Positions 45,737 through 56,349 of a stretch of 62,119 bases of DNA are shown here, in pieces (position 1 is the first letter of the stretch; each line of letters starts with the position of its first letter). The notes below the pieces were generated by a model. That model saw nothing but the letters and a program-made list of their open reading frames with translations. It ran no database searches and had not been told where the DNA came from. The stretch comes from Syntrophales bacterium (GTDB taxonomy: Bacteria; Desulfobacterota; Syntrophia; Syntrophales; UBA8958). Both the position numbers and the translations under genes were made by a program. The stretch is taken from NCBI GenBank assembly GCA_041664405.1, contig JBAYKV010000001.1, positions 1 to 62,119 on the forward strand, given 5' to 3'.

Positions 45737-46762
45737 ATGTTTCAGGAAGCAAAGTGTGATTTTTGCGGTGACTGCCTTGCCCGCTGTCATTATCTAGATT
45801 TTGGCAAAGAGGATGGGGGAAAGGCTTTCAAAAAACTGGTTAAGGATGGAAAAGCGCCCTGGATCTATGATTGCGTTACCTGTATCGCCTGCAATGAATA
45901 TTGCTCCAAGGGCGCCCGCCCCTTCGACCTGATTTTGCAGCGGATGGAAGAGGCGGGAGATTTTGCCGATCCCGGTTTGCTGGTGCAGATGGCGGAGCGT
46001 TTCAAGCCGGAAGGAGAACCCAAGCCCGTGGAGCCGCGGGACCGGGTCATGTCGATCTGCGTTATGCAAGGGAACATGCCCTGGGCTATTCAGGGGCAAC
46101 TCTTCGAAAGCATCCCCTTGCTTAAGGGCAAGCATTATTTTTGCAACGTCCTCTTCGCCCATATGGGTAACGAATCCATTATGAGGGAGAGGCTGAAAGC
46201 AATGGTGGACAATCTGGCAAAGTCAGGTGCCAGGGAGATCGTCTTCCTCCACGATGACTGTTATGGATTTCTTAAAGACCTTGCCCCGGAATACGGCGTC
46301 GAGCTGCCCTTCCGGCCGGTGCATTTGTTCGAATACCTCCGGGACTATCTGAGAGATCACCGAGATAAAATTACGAAGCTGAATATCAAAGTTGCCTACC
46401 AGCGTCCATGTGCCTCCCGTTATGCGCCTGAGAAAGACTCATTCTTGGATGAAATATTCGCATTGACCGGCGTAGAAAGGGTTGCCCGCGAGTATGACGG
46501 GGTCAACGCCCTGTGCTGCGGCGTTGAAGTTGCCGGGCCGAATCTCAAACTCTTTCCCCGGGGCAAGAATTTTGCACCGTTTCGTGAAAAAAACATCGAC
46601 GACGCCAAAGACCATGGAGCGGAGGCAATGGTATATCTTTGCGCCATGTGCTTTGCCACGCTTAACGGTCAAGTGCGCGAGGCGGGCATGAAGAACTACA
46701 TGATCAGCGACATTTGCCGCCTGGCCCTGGGCGAAACACTGCCGGAAAATAAACCCGCATGA
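45737..46762 (+). CDS. HdrD/GlcF-like Fe-S protein with cysteine-rich CCG domains
   Basis: Ferredoxin-type motifs CDFCGDCLARC and CVTCIACNEYC. CCG-domain elements YQRPCASRY and CCGVEVAG. No TM segment seen. Confidence 0.75.
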   Translation: MFQEAKCDFCGDCLARCHYLDFGKEDGGKAFKKLVKDGKAPWIYDCVTCIACNEYCSKGARPFDLILQRMEEAGDFADPGLLVQMAERFKPEGEPKPVEPRDRVMSICVMQGNMPWAIQGQLFESIPLLKGKHYFCNVLFAHMGNESIMRERLKAMVDNLAKSGAREIVFLHDDCYGFLKDLAPEYGVELPFRPVHLFEYLRDYLRDHRDKITKLNIKVAYQRPCASRYAPEKDSFLDEIFALTGVERVAREYDGVNALCCGVEVAGPNLKLFPRGKNFAPFREKNIDDAKDHGAEAMVYLCAMCFATLNGQVREAGMKNYMISDICRLALGETLPENKPA

Positions 46763-46804
46763 AGTATCGGGGCCAACCGGTAATTTTCGTGGCTACTGAA
46801 AGGA

Positions 46805-48343
46805 ATGCAAATGAAAACAGAAGGGGAAAGAATACTCATATTTGATACGACCCTTAGAGATGGTGAACAATCGCCGGGGGCAAGCATGAACCCTGATGAG
46901 AAGATCCGGATCGCCAGGCAGTTGGAAAGGCTGGGTGTTGATATCATCGAAGCCGGTTTTCCTGTTGCTTCCGAGGGGGACTTCATGTCGGTCCAGCAGA
47001 TTGCCAGGGAGATCAAGGGTGCGCAGATTGCGGCGCTTGCCAGGGCAAACCCCGCCGACATTGACCGGGCATGGGCGGCCATTAAAGAGGCGGCATTCCC
47101 TAGGATCCATACCTTTATCTCTTCGTCGGATATCCATTTGAAGTACCAGTTGAAAAAAACACGTGATCAAGTCTTGAGGGAGGCCTGTGCCGCCGTGGCC
47201 CATGCCCGCGGTTATACTCGGAATGTCGAATTTTCTCCTATGGATGCGACGAGAACCGACAAGAAATTCCTCTGCGAAATGATTGAAGCAGTGATCGCTT
47301 CCGGGGCAAATACGGTGAATATCCCCGACACCGTCGGTTATGCCCTTCCTGCCGAATTTGCCGAATCGATTGCCTATATAACCGAAAATGTTAAAAACAT
47401 CTCAGAGGCAATTATCTCTGTCCATTGTCATAATGATCTTGGTCTTGCTGTTGCAAATTCACTTGCGGCGGTTAAAAGCGGGGCCAGGCAAGTGGAATGC
47501 ACGCTTAACGGGATCGGTGAGCGGGCCGGCAATGCTGCCCTGGAAGAGGTAATCATGTCCTTGGAGACAAGAAAAGACTTTTTCGGATTTCGAACCGGCA
47601 TCAAGACAGGGCTTATTTATCAGTCGTCCCGGCTATTGACGCAGACTACGGGCATACCTGTCCAGCCAAATAAGGCGATTGTCGGCGCCAATGCTTTTGC
47701 CCATGAGTCAGGCATCCACCAGGACGGACTGATCAAGGAAAAGATCACTTACGAGATTATGACCCCCCAGTCGGTAGGCATACCGGAGACCAATATTGTT
47801 CTCGGTAAACACTCGGGACGTCATGCCATTCAGGAACATCTCAAGAAAATGGGTTATACCCTTAGCGAGGGAGAGGTGGACGTTGTCTTTGCCCGTTTCA
47901 AGGAACTGGCGGATGTCAAGAAAGAAATCTTTGACGAGGATCTGGAGGCCGTCCTTTATGAGGAAGTGTTTCGGGTAAAGGATAAATACAAGCTTCTCTA
48001 TCTGAATGTGGTGAGCGGCAATGTGGCCATACCCACGGCCACATCGAAAATGAAGGTCGATAAAAAGATTGTGCAGGATGCCGGTTTCGGCGTCGGCCCC
48101 ATTGATGCAGCCTTTGCCGCTATCCGCAAGATTACCAAGACCGACTATCCCCTGATGGAATATAATGTAAAGGCGGTGACCGGCGGGTCGGACGCCCTGG
48201 CGGAAGTGACGGTTCGGCTTCAATACAAAGGGCGCATGGCGGGAGGGCGTGGCGCCCATCCCGATGTCGTCGTTGCCTCGGCCAATGCCTATATCAATGC
48301 CTTGAACAGACTCGAATGGATCAAGAGGGATTCAAATAATTAA
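46805..48343 (+). CDS. leuA: 2-isopropylmalate synthase (citramalate synthase not excluded)
   Basis: [13 protein letters not shown] and [16 protein letters not shown] motifs. 512 aa including the C-terminal LeuA dimer/regulatory domain. Confidence 0.85.
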   Translation: MQMKTEGERILIFDTTLRDGEQSPGASMNPDEKIRIARQLERLGVDIIEAGFPVASEGDFMSVQQIAREIKGAQIAALARANPADIDRAWAAIKEAAFPRIHTFISSSDIHLKYQLKKTRDQVLREACAAVAHARGYTRNVEFSPMDATRTDKKFLCEMIEAVIASGANTVNIPDTVGYALPAEFAESIAYITENVKNISEAIISVHCHNDLGLAVANSLAAVKSGARQVECTLNGIGERAGNAALEEVIMSLETRKDFFGFRTGIKTGLIYQSSRLLTQTTGIPVQPNKAIVGANAFAHESGIHQDGLIKEKITYEIMTPQSVGIPETNIVLGKHSGRHAIQEHLKKMGYTLSEGEVDVVFARFKELADVKKEIFDEDLEAVLYEEVFRVKDKYKLLYLNVVSGNVAIPTATSKMKVDKKIVQDAGFGVGPIDAAFAAIRKITKTDYPLMEYNVKAVTGGSDALAEVTVRLQYKGRMAGGRGAHPDVVVASANAYINALNRLEWIKRDSNN

Positions 48344-48395
48344 CGATGTTTAATACCAAACAGGGAGCTTGCCGAGCTGCTACGGGGGAAAAGGC

Positions 48396-49673
48396 ATGGG
48401 AATGACCATTACGGAGAAGATCCTTTGTGAGCATGCGGATCTCAAGGAAGTCCATCCGGGAGAACTTATCAACGCCAGGGTGGATATCGCTCTCGGTAAT
48501 GATATCACGGCCCCCATTGCCATTGCCGAGTTCGAGAAGGCGGGAGGCGGGAAGGTTTATGATCGGGACAAGGTAGTGCTGATCCCCGATCATTTTGTTC
48601 CCAACAAAGACATCGCCTCGGCGGGGCAATGCAAGGTCATGAGGGAATTTGCCAAAGAGCAGATAATCACGCACTACTATGAGGTCGGCGAGGCGGGCAT
48701 CGAACACGCATTTTTGCCTGAACAGGGAATAGTCTTACCCGGGGATCTGGTTATCGGCGCCGACAGCCACACCTGTACCTACGGCGCCCTTGGCGCTTTC
48801 GCCACGGGCGTGGGCAGCACAGATTTGGCTGCCGCCATGCTAACCGGCGAGCTCTGGTTCAAGGTTCCCCGGACGATGAAGATACTGCTTTATGGAAATA
48901 TGCAGAAATGGGTCTCCGGGAAGGATTTGATACTTTATATCATTGGTATGATTGGCGTTGACGGGGCAAGGTACAGAGCTATGGAGTTTGCCGGCGAGAC
49001 AGTGGAAAAACTCGGTATGGCCGCTAGATTGACTATTGCCAACATGGTTATTGAAGCCGGGGCAAAAAACGGCATATTTATTCCCGACAATGTAACGAGG
49101 GAGTATGTTCATGGGAAAGGGAAACGAAATTATAAGTTTTATACCTCCGACCCGGATGCCGAGTATGCCGAAGTTATCGAGATAGATGTAGGCAAGATTG
49201 AGCCCCAGGTGGCCTTTCCCCATATCCCTTCAAATGTGAGAGACGTAAGTCAGGTGGGAGAGGTTATGATCGATCAGGTGGTGATCGGCTCCTGCACCAA
49301 TGGCAGGATAGAAGACCTGAGAATAGCGGCGAAGATCCTAAATGGTAGAAAAGCGGCGCCTTATCTGCGGCTGATTATTGTCCCTGCCACGCGGGAAATA
49401 TACAAAATGGCATTAAGGGAGGGGCTGATGGGAATCTTTATCGATGCGAACGCGACCATAAGCCCACCGAGTTGCGGCGCTTGCCTGGGTGGACATATGG
49501 GGGTGCTGGCAAATGGAGAGCGGGCTGTCGCCACGACAAACAGAAATTTCGTCGGGCGCATGGGGCATTCCGGGAGTGAAGTGTATTTAGCCGGCCCGGC
49601 TGTTGCCGCGGCGTCAGCGGTTTTGGGACGTATTGCCGCGCCTGATGAGTTGGCATGGGGTAGCGGCTCATGA
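48396..49673 (+). CDS. leuC: 3-isopropylmalate dehydratase large subunit (aconitase family, short type)
   Basis: [20 protein letters not shown] and CGACLGG cluster ligand motifs. Start is at MGMTITEK or MTITEK. Confidence 0.85.
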   Translation: MGMTITEKILCEHADLKEVHPGELINARVDIALGNDITAPIAIAEFEKAGGGKVYDRDKVVLIPDHFVPNKDIASAGQCKVMREFAKEQIITHYYEVGEAGIEHAFLPEQGIVLPGDLVIGADSHTCTYGALGAFATGVGSTDLAAAMLTGELWFKVPRTMKILLYGNMQKWVSGKDLILYIIGMIGVDGARYRAMEFAGETVEKLGMAARLTIANMVIEAGAKNGIFIPDNVTREYVHGKGKRNYKFYTSDPDAEYAEVIEIDVGKIEPQVAFPHIPSNVRDVSQVGEVMIDQVVIGSCTNGRIEDLRIAAKILNGRKAAPYLRLIIVPATREIYKMALREGLMGIFIDANATISPPSCGACLGGHMGVLANGERAVATTNRNFVGRMGHSGSEVYLAGPAVAAASAVLGRIAAPDELAWGSGS

Positions 49674-50164
49674 AGCACCGGGGGAGGGTATGGAAGTTTG
49701 GAGACCATATTGATACAGATGTTATCATTCCGGCCCGTTATTTGACAACAACATCTCCGGAAATACTCGCTGCCCACTGCCTGGAAGATGCAGATCCGAC
49801 CTTTGCGAAAAAAGTAAAAGCAGGCGATATTATCGTCGCCGGGGAAAATTTCGGTTGCGGATCATCAAGAGAACACGCCCCTATAGCCATCAAGACGGCG
49901 GGAATCGCTTGTGTCATTGCCCGCAGTTTTGCCAGGATATTCTACCGAAACGCCTTCAACATGGGGCTGTCAATTTATGAATCCGAAGATTTATGGGACA
50001 GAATATCCGATGGGCAAAAAATTGAGGTAGATAGCGGCCGTGGGACGATCAGGATCATAAACAGCAATGCAGATCTGATGCGCATTCAACCGATTCCGCC
50101 ATTTATGCAGGAACTCATCAATGATGGGGGGCTGATGAAGCATCTGTCAAAGAAGAGGTCTTAA
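49670..50164 (+). CDS. leuD: 3-isopropylmalate dehydratase small subunit
   Basis: [13 protein letters not shown] motif. 164 aa. 4-nt overlap with leuC. Confidence 0.85.
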   Translation: MKHRGRVWKFGDHIDTDVIIPARYLTTTSPEILAAHCLEDADPTFAKKVKAGDIIVAGENFGCGSSREHAPIAIKTAGIACVIARSFARIFYRNAFNMGLSIYESEDLWDRISDGQKIEVDSGRGTIRIINSNADLMRIQPIPPFMQELINDGGLMKHLSKKRS

Positions 50165-50254
50165 TGTTCATATGATCATATTTGCGAGTATAAATGATTA
50201 CAAATGATCGCTATCCTTAACTCAATGCAACGAGGCATCCCGGTATCCTGAACC

Positions 50255-50656
50255 TCATGCATGTCCCATAATTTCGATATTATTAAGAATATTCTGATGA
50301 TTTGTTTCCGATTTATCGGCATTACGGACTGATGATTTTAAAAGCTCCACCATAAAAAACAGTCTGGAAATGATGAAACCCCGGATCAGATACTCGATTC
50401 CCATTTTCTTGCTCAAACGGAGATTTTCCAGAGCCAGCGATCGAAATATGTGTTCCACTGTAGGTTCCAACATAGCATGGATAGTCTTTTGAACATCCGT
50501 TAACTCTCCCTCGGTACTTACTCCCCATACGGAATATATGATGTATGACATGGGTTCTTTGGCCAATTCTTCCGAATAGTTCCTAAAAATATTATTGCAG
50601 GCATTTTCAATATATCCTTCGATGCTGCATTTAATGTTATTGATCTCACTTGCCAT
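50255..50656 (-). CDS. Hypothetical 133-aa protein downstream of the MCP gene
   Basis: Track ORF with no recognisable motif. Confidence 0.4.
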   Translation of the reverse strand: MASEINNIKCSIEGYIENACNNIFRNYSEELAKEPMSYIIYSVWGVSTEGELTDVQKTIHAMLEPTVEHIFRSLALENLRLSKKMGIEYLIRGFIISRLFFMVELLKSSVRNADKSETNHQNILNNIEIMGHA

Positions 50657-50796
50657 AATGTGCCCTTATTTCCCAACTTTCCGCTTCTGTCGTCTTGTTT
50701 GTTGAAAGGTCCGGGGCGGACGATTATATGTCATCCTCATCATTTGGCCGCCCCGAAACCTCTTATTTATTACTCTCCGTGCTCATGCATATATTC

Positions 50797-52434
50797 TCAG
50801 AAATCGTGAAACTTATCCTCTTCCATTGGAATCACCTGTTCAGGATGAATCGACTTGCCTTTGGCAGAGCCTCTCCCCGCCGTCCGGGCTTGCTTCTTCC
50901 CATTTCCGCCGGACTTGTCGGTCAAGGCAAGGAGCTTGCGAACCCCGCCGCCTACATATGACGATTCACGAAGGGATCTTGCTTGATGGCCGGCGCCGTT
51001 ATGCCCGTTGCCGCCGACTACGGCACCCAGGTCTTGTACATAGCTTTTCATCTGTTCCGCCTGGGCGTTCAGTTCCTCCGACGCACTCGCCGATTCCTCG
51101 GCGTTGGCCGCCGTTTCCTGGGTTACCTTGTCCATCTCGGCCACTGCAATGTTCACCTGCGAGATGCCGTGCGCCTGTTCTTCCGAGGCCGTGGCGATTT
51201 CATCCACCAACTGGCCGATTTTGCCCGCAATCGCTATGTTTTCCTGAAAGGCCTCTTGGGTCAGCTTCGTCAATTGGCTGCCGCCATGGACAGCCTTGAT
51301 GGTGTTTTCGATCAGGCGGTTGGTATTTTTTGCCGCCTCCGCCGACCGTAAGGCGAGGTTACGGACCTCTTCGGCCACCACGGCAAAACCGGCCCCTGCT
51401 TCTCCCGCCCGGGCCGCCTCCACGGCCGCGTTGAGGGCCAGGAGATTCGTCTGGAAGGCGATCTCGTCGATTGTCTTGATTATCTTGCTGGTTTCTTCAC
51501 TGCTCTTCGTGATTTCATTGATGGCCCTGGCCATTTCGTCCATGTGACCGCTTACTTTCTCCACAATGTGCCCGGCTTCTCCCATCATGGCCTTGGCTTG
51601 TCCCGCATTGTCGGCGTTCTGCTTGGTCATTGAGGCCATTTCTTCCAAGGATGAGGATGTTTCCTCTAGCGAGGCGGCCTGTTCCGAAGTACCTTCCGCT
51701 AAATGCTGGCTTGCCGAGGATACCTGACTTGACGCGGATGCAATCTGGTCGGCACCATCACTCAGACCTTCAATGACCTTATTGATGGGACGAGTGATAA
51801 TAATAGTCAGAATTACTCCGAGTCCAATGGAGAGACAGATGCCCACGATCGTTCCTATTGTTGCCATCCATGTTGCTCTGGTTGATGTGATGGCATTTTC
51901 CTCAGCCTTCTTTTTGGCTTGTGCGATCTCCATCTCCATCATCTGCTTCAAACCTGTTGTGACTGCATTCCCTATCTGCGTTCCTGACTTCAAAGCTTCA
52001 GTAGATCCTTCTTTATCTCCTGCTATTAGTGCAGCCACCATCTTGTCCCTGATAGGCAGGTAAGCGCCCAAATCGGCCTTGAACTTGTCGAACACCTTAC
52101 GGTCATCAGCGGACGCTATAGACTTGTCCAACTTGGCTACCTGGGCAAGTCCTTCTTTGTCCATCTCTTCCATCTTGGTTTTGAGACTTGAAACATCATT
52201 GTTCCACAGGAACTTATTGGAGATGGCATATACAATGGCAAGGCGCATGGAGAGGAACATCTGGTTCAGTTCACTTACCTCTGAAAGTCCCTTGACGTTC
52301 TCTTCATACATGGCATTGCCCGACTTTTCCAGATTGCGCATCTGCACAATCCCAAAGACCCCAATGATAAGTGTAATTAAAGCCACCGACAGAAAGCTAC
52401 ATACCAATTTGGTTCCTAAGCTAAACTTCTTCAT
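50797..52434 (-). CDS. Methyl-accepting chemotaxis protein (helical sensor, HAMP, signalling domain)
   Basis: Two TM segments. The signalling hairpin [38 protein letters not shown] is identical to that of the MCP at 20076..21920. Confidence 0.9.
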   Translation of the reverse strand: MKKFSLGTKLVCSFLSVALITLIIGVFGIVQMRNLEKSGNAMYEENVKGLSEVSELNQMFLSMRLAIVYAISNKFLWNNDVSSLKTKMEEMDKEGLAQVAKLDKSIASADDRKVFDKFKADLGAYLPIRDKMVAALIAGDKEGSTEALKSGTQIGNAVTTGLKQMMEMEIAQAKKKAEENAITSTRATWMATIGTIVGICLSIGLGVILTIIITRPINKVIEGLSDGADQIASASSQVSSASQHLAEGTSEQAASLEETSSSLEEMASMTKQNADNAGQAKAMMGEAGHIVEKVSGHMDEMARAINEITKSSEETSKIIKTIDEIAFQTNLLALNAAVEAARAGEAGAGFAVVAEEVRNLALRSAEAAKNTNRLIENTIKAVHGGSQLTKLTQEAFQENIAIAGKIGQLVDEIATASEEQAHGISQVNIAVAEMDKVTQETAANAEESASASEELNAQAEQMKSYVQDLGAVVGGNGHNGAGHQARSLRESSYVGGGVRKLLALTDKSGGNGKKQARTAGRGSAKGKSIHPEQVIPMEEDKFHDF

Positions 52435-52514
52435 ACTAAACCTCCATTATTCCTCAAAATTCCTCGAAATGTAGCCGATTAAACCGGTTTCTTCCGCTAC
52501 TATAGATCGAGCGA

Positions 52515-53030
52515 TTATGCCGCACCCGCGATATCCTGAAAGTCCCGGTCATTAAGGACCCGGTCAATATCGAGCAGAATCTTCACACCACCTTCCATCT
52601 TAGCCATCCCCAGGATATAGTCCGTATCCATCGTGCTGCCAAAGGTCGGGGTATCTTCGATGTCTCCCGGTTTGATATTGAGCACCTCGGAGACAGAATC
52701 CACGACGATGCCCATCTGGATTTTCCTGTCGCCGCCGCTGATTTCCACGACGATAATACAGGTTCTTTCTGTATAAGCTATTGATTCAATACCGAACTTC
52801 AATCGCAGGTCAATGACGGGAATGACTTTCCCCCGCAGATTAATCACCCCTTTGACGTATCCGGGCGTTTGCGGAACCGATGTAATGATCATCATTCCGA
52901 TGATCTCTTTCACCTTCCGAATGCCGATACCGTATTCCTCGTCGGCCATGCAAAAGGTGAGGTACTTGCCCTCTCGTTTTTCCTGTGTCCCTGCGGAAAC
53001 AGCGCCTACCGTCATCGCTGCCTGTTCCAT
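52515..53030 (-). CDS. cheW: Chemotaxis coupling protein CheW
   Basis: YLTFCMADEEYGIGIRKVKEII...GVINLRGKVIPVIDLRLKFG. 171 aa. Confidence 0.9.
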   Translation of the reverse strand: MEQAAMTVGAVSAGTQEKREGKYLTFCMADEEYGIGIRKVKEIIGMMIITSVPQTPGYVKGVINLRGKVIPVIDLRLKFGIESIAYTERTCIIVVEISGGDRKIQMGIVVDSVSEVLNIKPGDIEDTPTFGSTMDTDYILGMAKMEGGVKILLDIDRVLNDRDFQDIAGAA

Positions 53031-53049
53031 TGCACATATCCCCCTTTTC

Positions 53050-53472
53050 TTAAATTATTGCAGTATTCGATTCATGGGAAGTCACTATTGCGACCTTCCT
53101 CCCTGGTTTACATTTCATCATGTTTCCCAAGACGTCCACGACTTGAGAAAGATCAGCGTCCGTCCAGGTCAAGAATCGTGGCCTGAGCGCCAGAGCCTCC
53201 ATGGTTGAAATGTTAGTCTGGTCGGAAAAGATGATGATCACTTTGATATCCCACAGTATATCCTTTAAACAAAGGATCTCCTCCAACTCTTTGCGGTCGT
53301 AGATCAGCAGTATGGCCGCACAAACGTCATATATAGGTTCATGCAGTTTTTTCGATAATTCAGCGAGAGTTCTGCATCTTTTCATCCAACTTTTCGTGAA
53401 TGCTGACTGTAGCGTCTGATACAGTATTTTCCCCGCTTCTGTACCTTCATTTGCATAATAGATATAGGTCAT
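53050..53472 (-). CDS. Hypothetical 140-aa protein, possibly a degenerate receiver-like fold
   Basis: Alternating beta/alpha pattern (IYYANE, AAILLIYD, VIIIFSD) without the canonical acidic pocket. First gene of the cheW-mcp unit. Confidence 0.35.
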   Translation of the reverse strand: MTYIYYANEGTEAGKILYQTLQSAFTKSWMKRCRTLAELSKKLHEPIYDVCAAILLIYDRKELEEILCLKDILWDIKVIIIFSDQTNISTMEALALRPRFLTWTDADLSQVVDVLGNMMKCKPGRKVAIVTSHESNTAII

Positions 53473-54279
53473 GGCGTCTCCTGCCGTTGGTGCTACTCAA
53501 GAATTATGCCGTTACTTTTAACCCACGGTGTGTACCGGTCATTCGATAGGAATTATAAGCGAGTTATTTCGCATAATTATGGATGATACGACTTGGTGTA
53601 AATGAATTTTGGCCTGTTCAGGAATGATGAAATTGCCTGGAATCGTTTTCCACGTGTCGTTGAAAATCAAGATAGTATTAAACTCAATGATAATAATCAC
53701 TTTAAGCTTTCAGGAGAAGGGAAGAAAGGGAAATTAGAAACTCTATTTTTGGTGTTTTTCAACGACCAGAATGCGTTAAATGTTTCGGTATTCATTCATC
53801 CGGTAAGACAAAAGAGGTTACACTGAAGATAATTATCAATCATAACACGGTTTTGGGCTATGTCTTATTCGTGAAGACATATGTCTCATTTTACGAGACA
53901 ACGCCCACTGCAACCTGGCTTTAAATCAAATATTATTTCGTCAATCCTTATAATGCGGTTCTCGATAGTCCCGACAATTCAAGGGTTTGTTTAATATCAC
54001 CCTGCAATTATTATTTCCGATTTTTAACTTGGCGACGCAAGCAGGTATTCATTATTTCATTGACAGCAATGGTATTATTGTTGCAATAATCTCTTGGTAA
54101 GAACTGAGCATTGTAAGAAATTGGCTTGTATAGAAGGTACTCAATGGGAAGAATGTATATTATTACACCGCTAACTAAATATAGCCACTCCTACTATCTG
54201 ATTACAGTAAATACAGACTTTGTGAGAAATGAATGATCATGTTTAATTGCCGGTGTAATAACGTGCAAGGGACAACCCG

Positions 54280-56346
54280 ATGCAAGATAAATCCAAGACA
54301 AAGCAGGAATTGATTCAGGAACTGGTTCCGCTAAGACAGCGAATTGCAGAATATGAACAGACGGAATTACAACGCAAGCAGACAGAGGATGCGCTTCGGG
54401 AGAGCGAATACGTATTTCGATTGTTGTTTGAAAAATCCGGCGATTCATCGTTACTGATAGAAAAAGGTCGATTCATAGACTGTAATGAAGCAGTATTGAA
54501 AATTCTCGGTTGTTCCGACAAGTCTGCGCTTATTAACTTACTGCCCACTGATATTTCGCCCGAGAGACAACCTGATTGCGAACTATCATCAGAAAAAGCG
54601 GCCAGGATGATTGAGATCGCTAATAATGAGGGGTCGAATCGCTTTGAATGGGTCCATAAGAAATTTGATGGGGCAGAAGTCTGTCTCGACGTTGTACTGA
54701 CGCCGATAAAAATGAATGGCAGAAAGCTTATTTACACAACATGGAGGGATAGCACTGCGCAGAAGAAAGCGGAGGAAGCACTTAAAAAGTCAGAGCGGCG
54801 GCTTGCCGACATTATTGATTTCTTGCCGGATGCCACTTGTGTCTTTGATGTGAGAGGTAAGGTTATAACCTGGAACCGCGCTATGGAAGAGATGACCGGG
54901 GTCAGCAAGAACGATATGCTCGGCCAGGGAGATCGTGCCCATACGATTCCTTTTTATGGCGAACGACGTAAGTGTTTACTGGATCTCATAGATGGAAGCG
55001 ATAAGGATATCGAGGCTAAGTATCAACATGTTCGAAGAGAGGGGAGTATTATTCATGGGGAAGCATTTGCCCCGACCTTGTACGGAGGTCGCGGGGCACA
55101 TATCCGAATGACGGGAACCCCTCTATGTGATACTGATGGCAACCGCGTTGGCGCCATAGAATCGATCCGCGATATTACCAGGAGTAAGGTCATTGAGGAT
55201 CAGCTTCGGCAGGCCAATAAAATGGAGGCATTAGGGACTCTTGCAGCCGGTATCGCTCACGATTTCAATAATATTCTGGGTGGCATGATCGGATACACGG
55301 AGATGTCCCTTCTCCACATTGGTACTGGTAATTCTTTATTGAAGCGCTATTTGGAGCAAATAAGAAGCGGGATTCATCGGGCCACCGATCTGGTGAAACA
55401 GATTCTGACCTTCAGCCGCCAGAAAGATCAGGAAATGAGACCCGTCCGGGTCACACCGCTTCTTGAAGAAACACTAAAGTTGATTCAGGCAGCAATTCCC
55501 AGCTCTATTGAAATCATTTATACTGTTGCTGCAAATCGGGATTTAATTCTTGCCGACCCTACCAGCATTCATCGGATACTAATGAACCTTTGTTCAAATG
55601 CCGCCCATGCCATGCGTGAGAAAGGCGGCATCCTGCGGATTGAAATCGTGAATCTTTACCTGGATGAAGACAATAAGATTGCTGCAGACGTTAAAGCCGG
55701 ATGGCATCTCCGGATGACTGTTGGCGATAACGGGCAAGGAATCGATGCGGCCATTATTGATCGAATCTTTGATCCTTTCTTTACAACTAAGAAGACTGGA
55801 GAAGGAACAGGGCTTGGGCTTGCCGTTGTACATGGAATAGTGAAAAACCTTGGGGGAGCTATTATTGCCCGGAGTTCTCCCGAGGAAGAAACGGTGTTTG
55901 AGATTTATCTTCCACTTGTCGAGGGGAAAGACGAGATCATAAATAATGATTTAGAAAAGACTTATATTGGTGGCAAGGAACGAATTCTCTTCGTGGATGA
56001 TGAAGACACTATGACCCAGATAGCTGAGGATATGCTCAGCAAAATGGGATATGATATTTGGGCTACAACGAGCAGTGTGGCTGCCCTTAAATCCTTTCGT
56101 CTGCAACCTGACCACTTCGATATCGTTATCACCGATCAGGCCATGCCAAACATGACAGGCATGGTACTGTCAGAAGAACTGTTGAAAATCCGACCGGATC
56201 TCCCTATAATTCTCTGTACGGGTTTCAGTGAGATCATAACTCCTGCACGGTTAGAGGCAATCGGTATTGGCGGATTCATCATGAAACCATTTACCATGGC
56301 CGATTTAGATGCGACCATCAGGAAAGTGCTACTGATGAACACATAG
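54280..56346 (+). CDS. Soluble hybrid sensor histidine kinase, paralog B
   Basis: Shared sensor motif IIDFLPDATCVFDVRGKVITWNRAMEEMTG...IPFYGERRK. H-box IAHDFNNILGGMIGY. DNGQGIDAAIIDRIFDPFFTTK motif. C-terminal receiver. Confidence 0.85.
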   Translation: MQDKSKTKQELIQELVPLRQRIAEYEQTELQRKQTEDALRESEYVFRLLFEKSGDSSLLIEKGRFIDCNEAVLKILGCSDKSALINLLPTDISPERQPDCELSSEKAARMIEIANNEGSNRFEWVHKKFDGAEVCLDVVLTPIKMNGRKLIYTTWRDSTAQKKAEEALKKSERRLADIIDFLPDATCVFDVRGKVITWNRAMEEMTGVSKNDMLGQGDRAHTIPFYGERRKCLLDLIDGSDKDIEAKYQHVRREGSIIHGEAFAPTLYGGRGAHIRMTGTPLCDTDGNRVGAIESIRDITRSKVIEDQLRQANKMEALGTLAAGIAHDFNNILGGMIGYTEMSLLHIGTGNSLLKRYLEQIRSGIHRATDLVKQILTFSRQKDQEMRPVRVTPLLEETLKLIQAAIPSSIEIIYTVAANRDLILADPTSIHRILMNLCSNAAHAMREKGGILRIEIVNLYLDEDNKIAADVKAGWHLRMTVGDNGQGIDAAIIDRIFDPFFTTKKTGEGTGLGLAVVHGIVKNLGGAIIARSSPEEETVFEIYLPLVEGKDEIINNDLEKTYIGGKERILFVDDEDTMTQIAEDMLSKMGYDIWATTSSVAALKSFRLQPDHFDIVITDQAMPNMTGMVLSEELLKIRPDLPIILCTGFSEIITPARLEAIGIGGFIMKPFTMADLDATIRKVLLMNT

Positions 56347-56349
56347 AAT

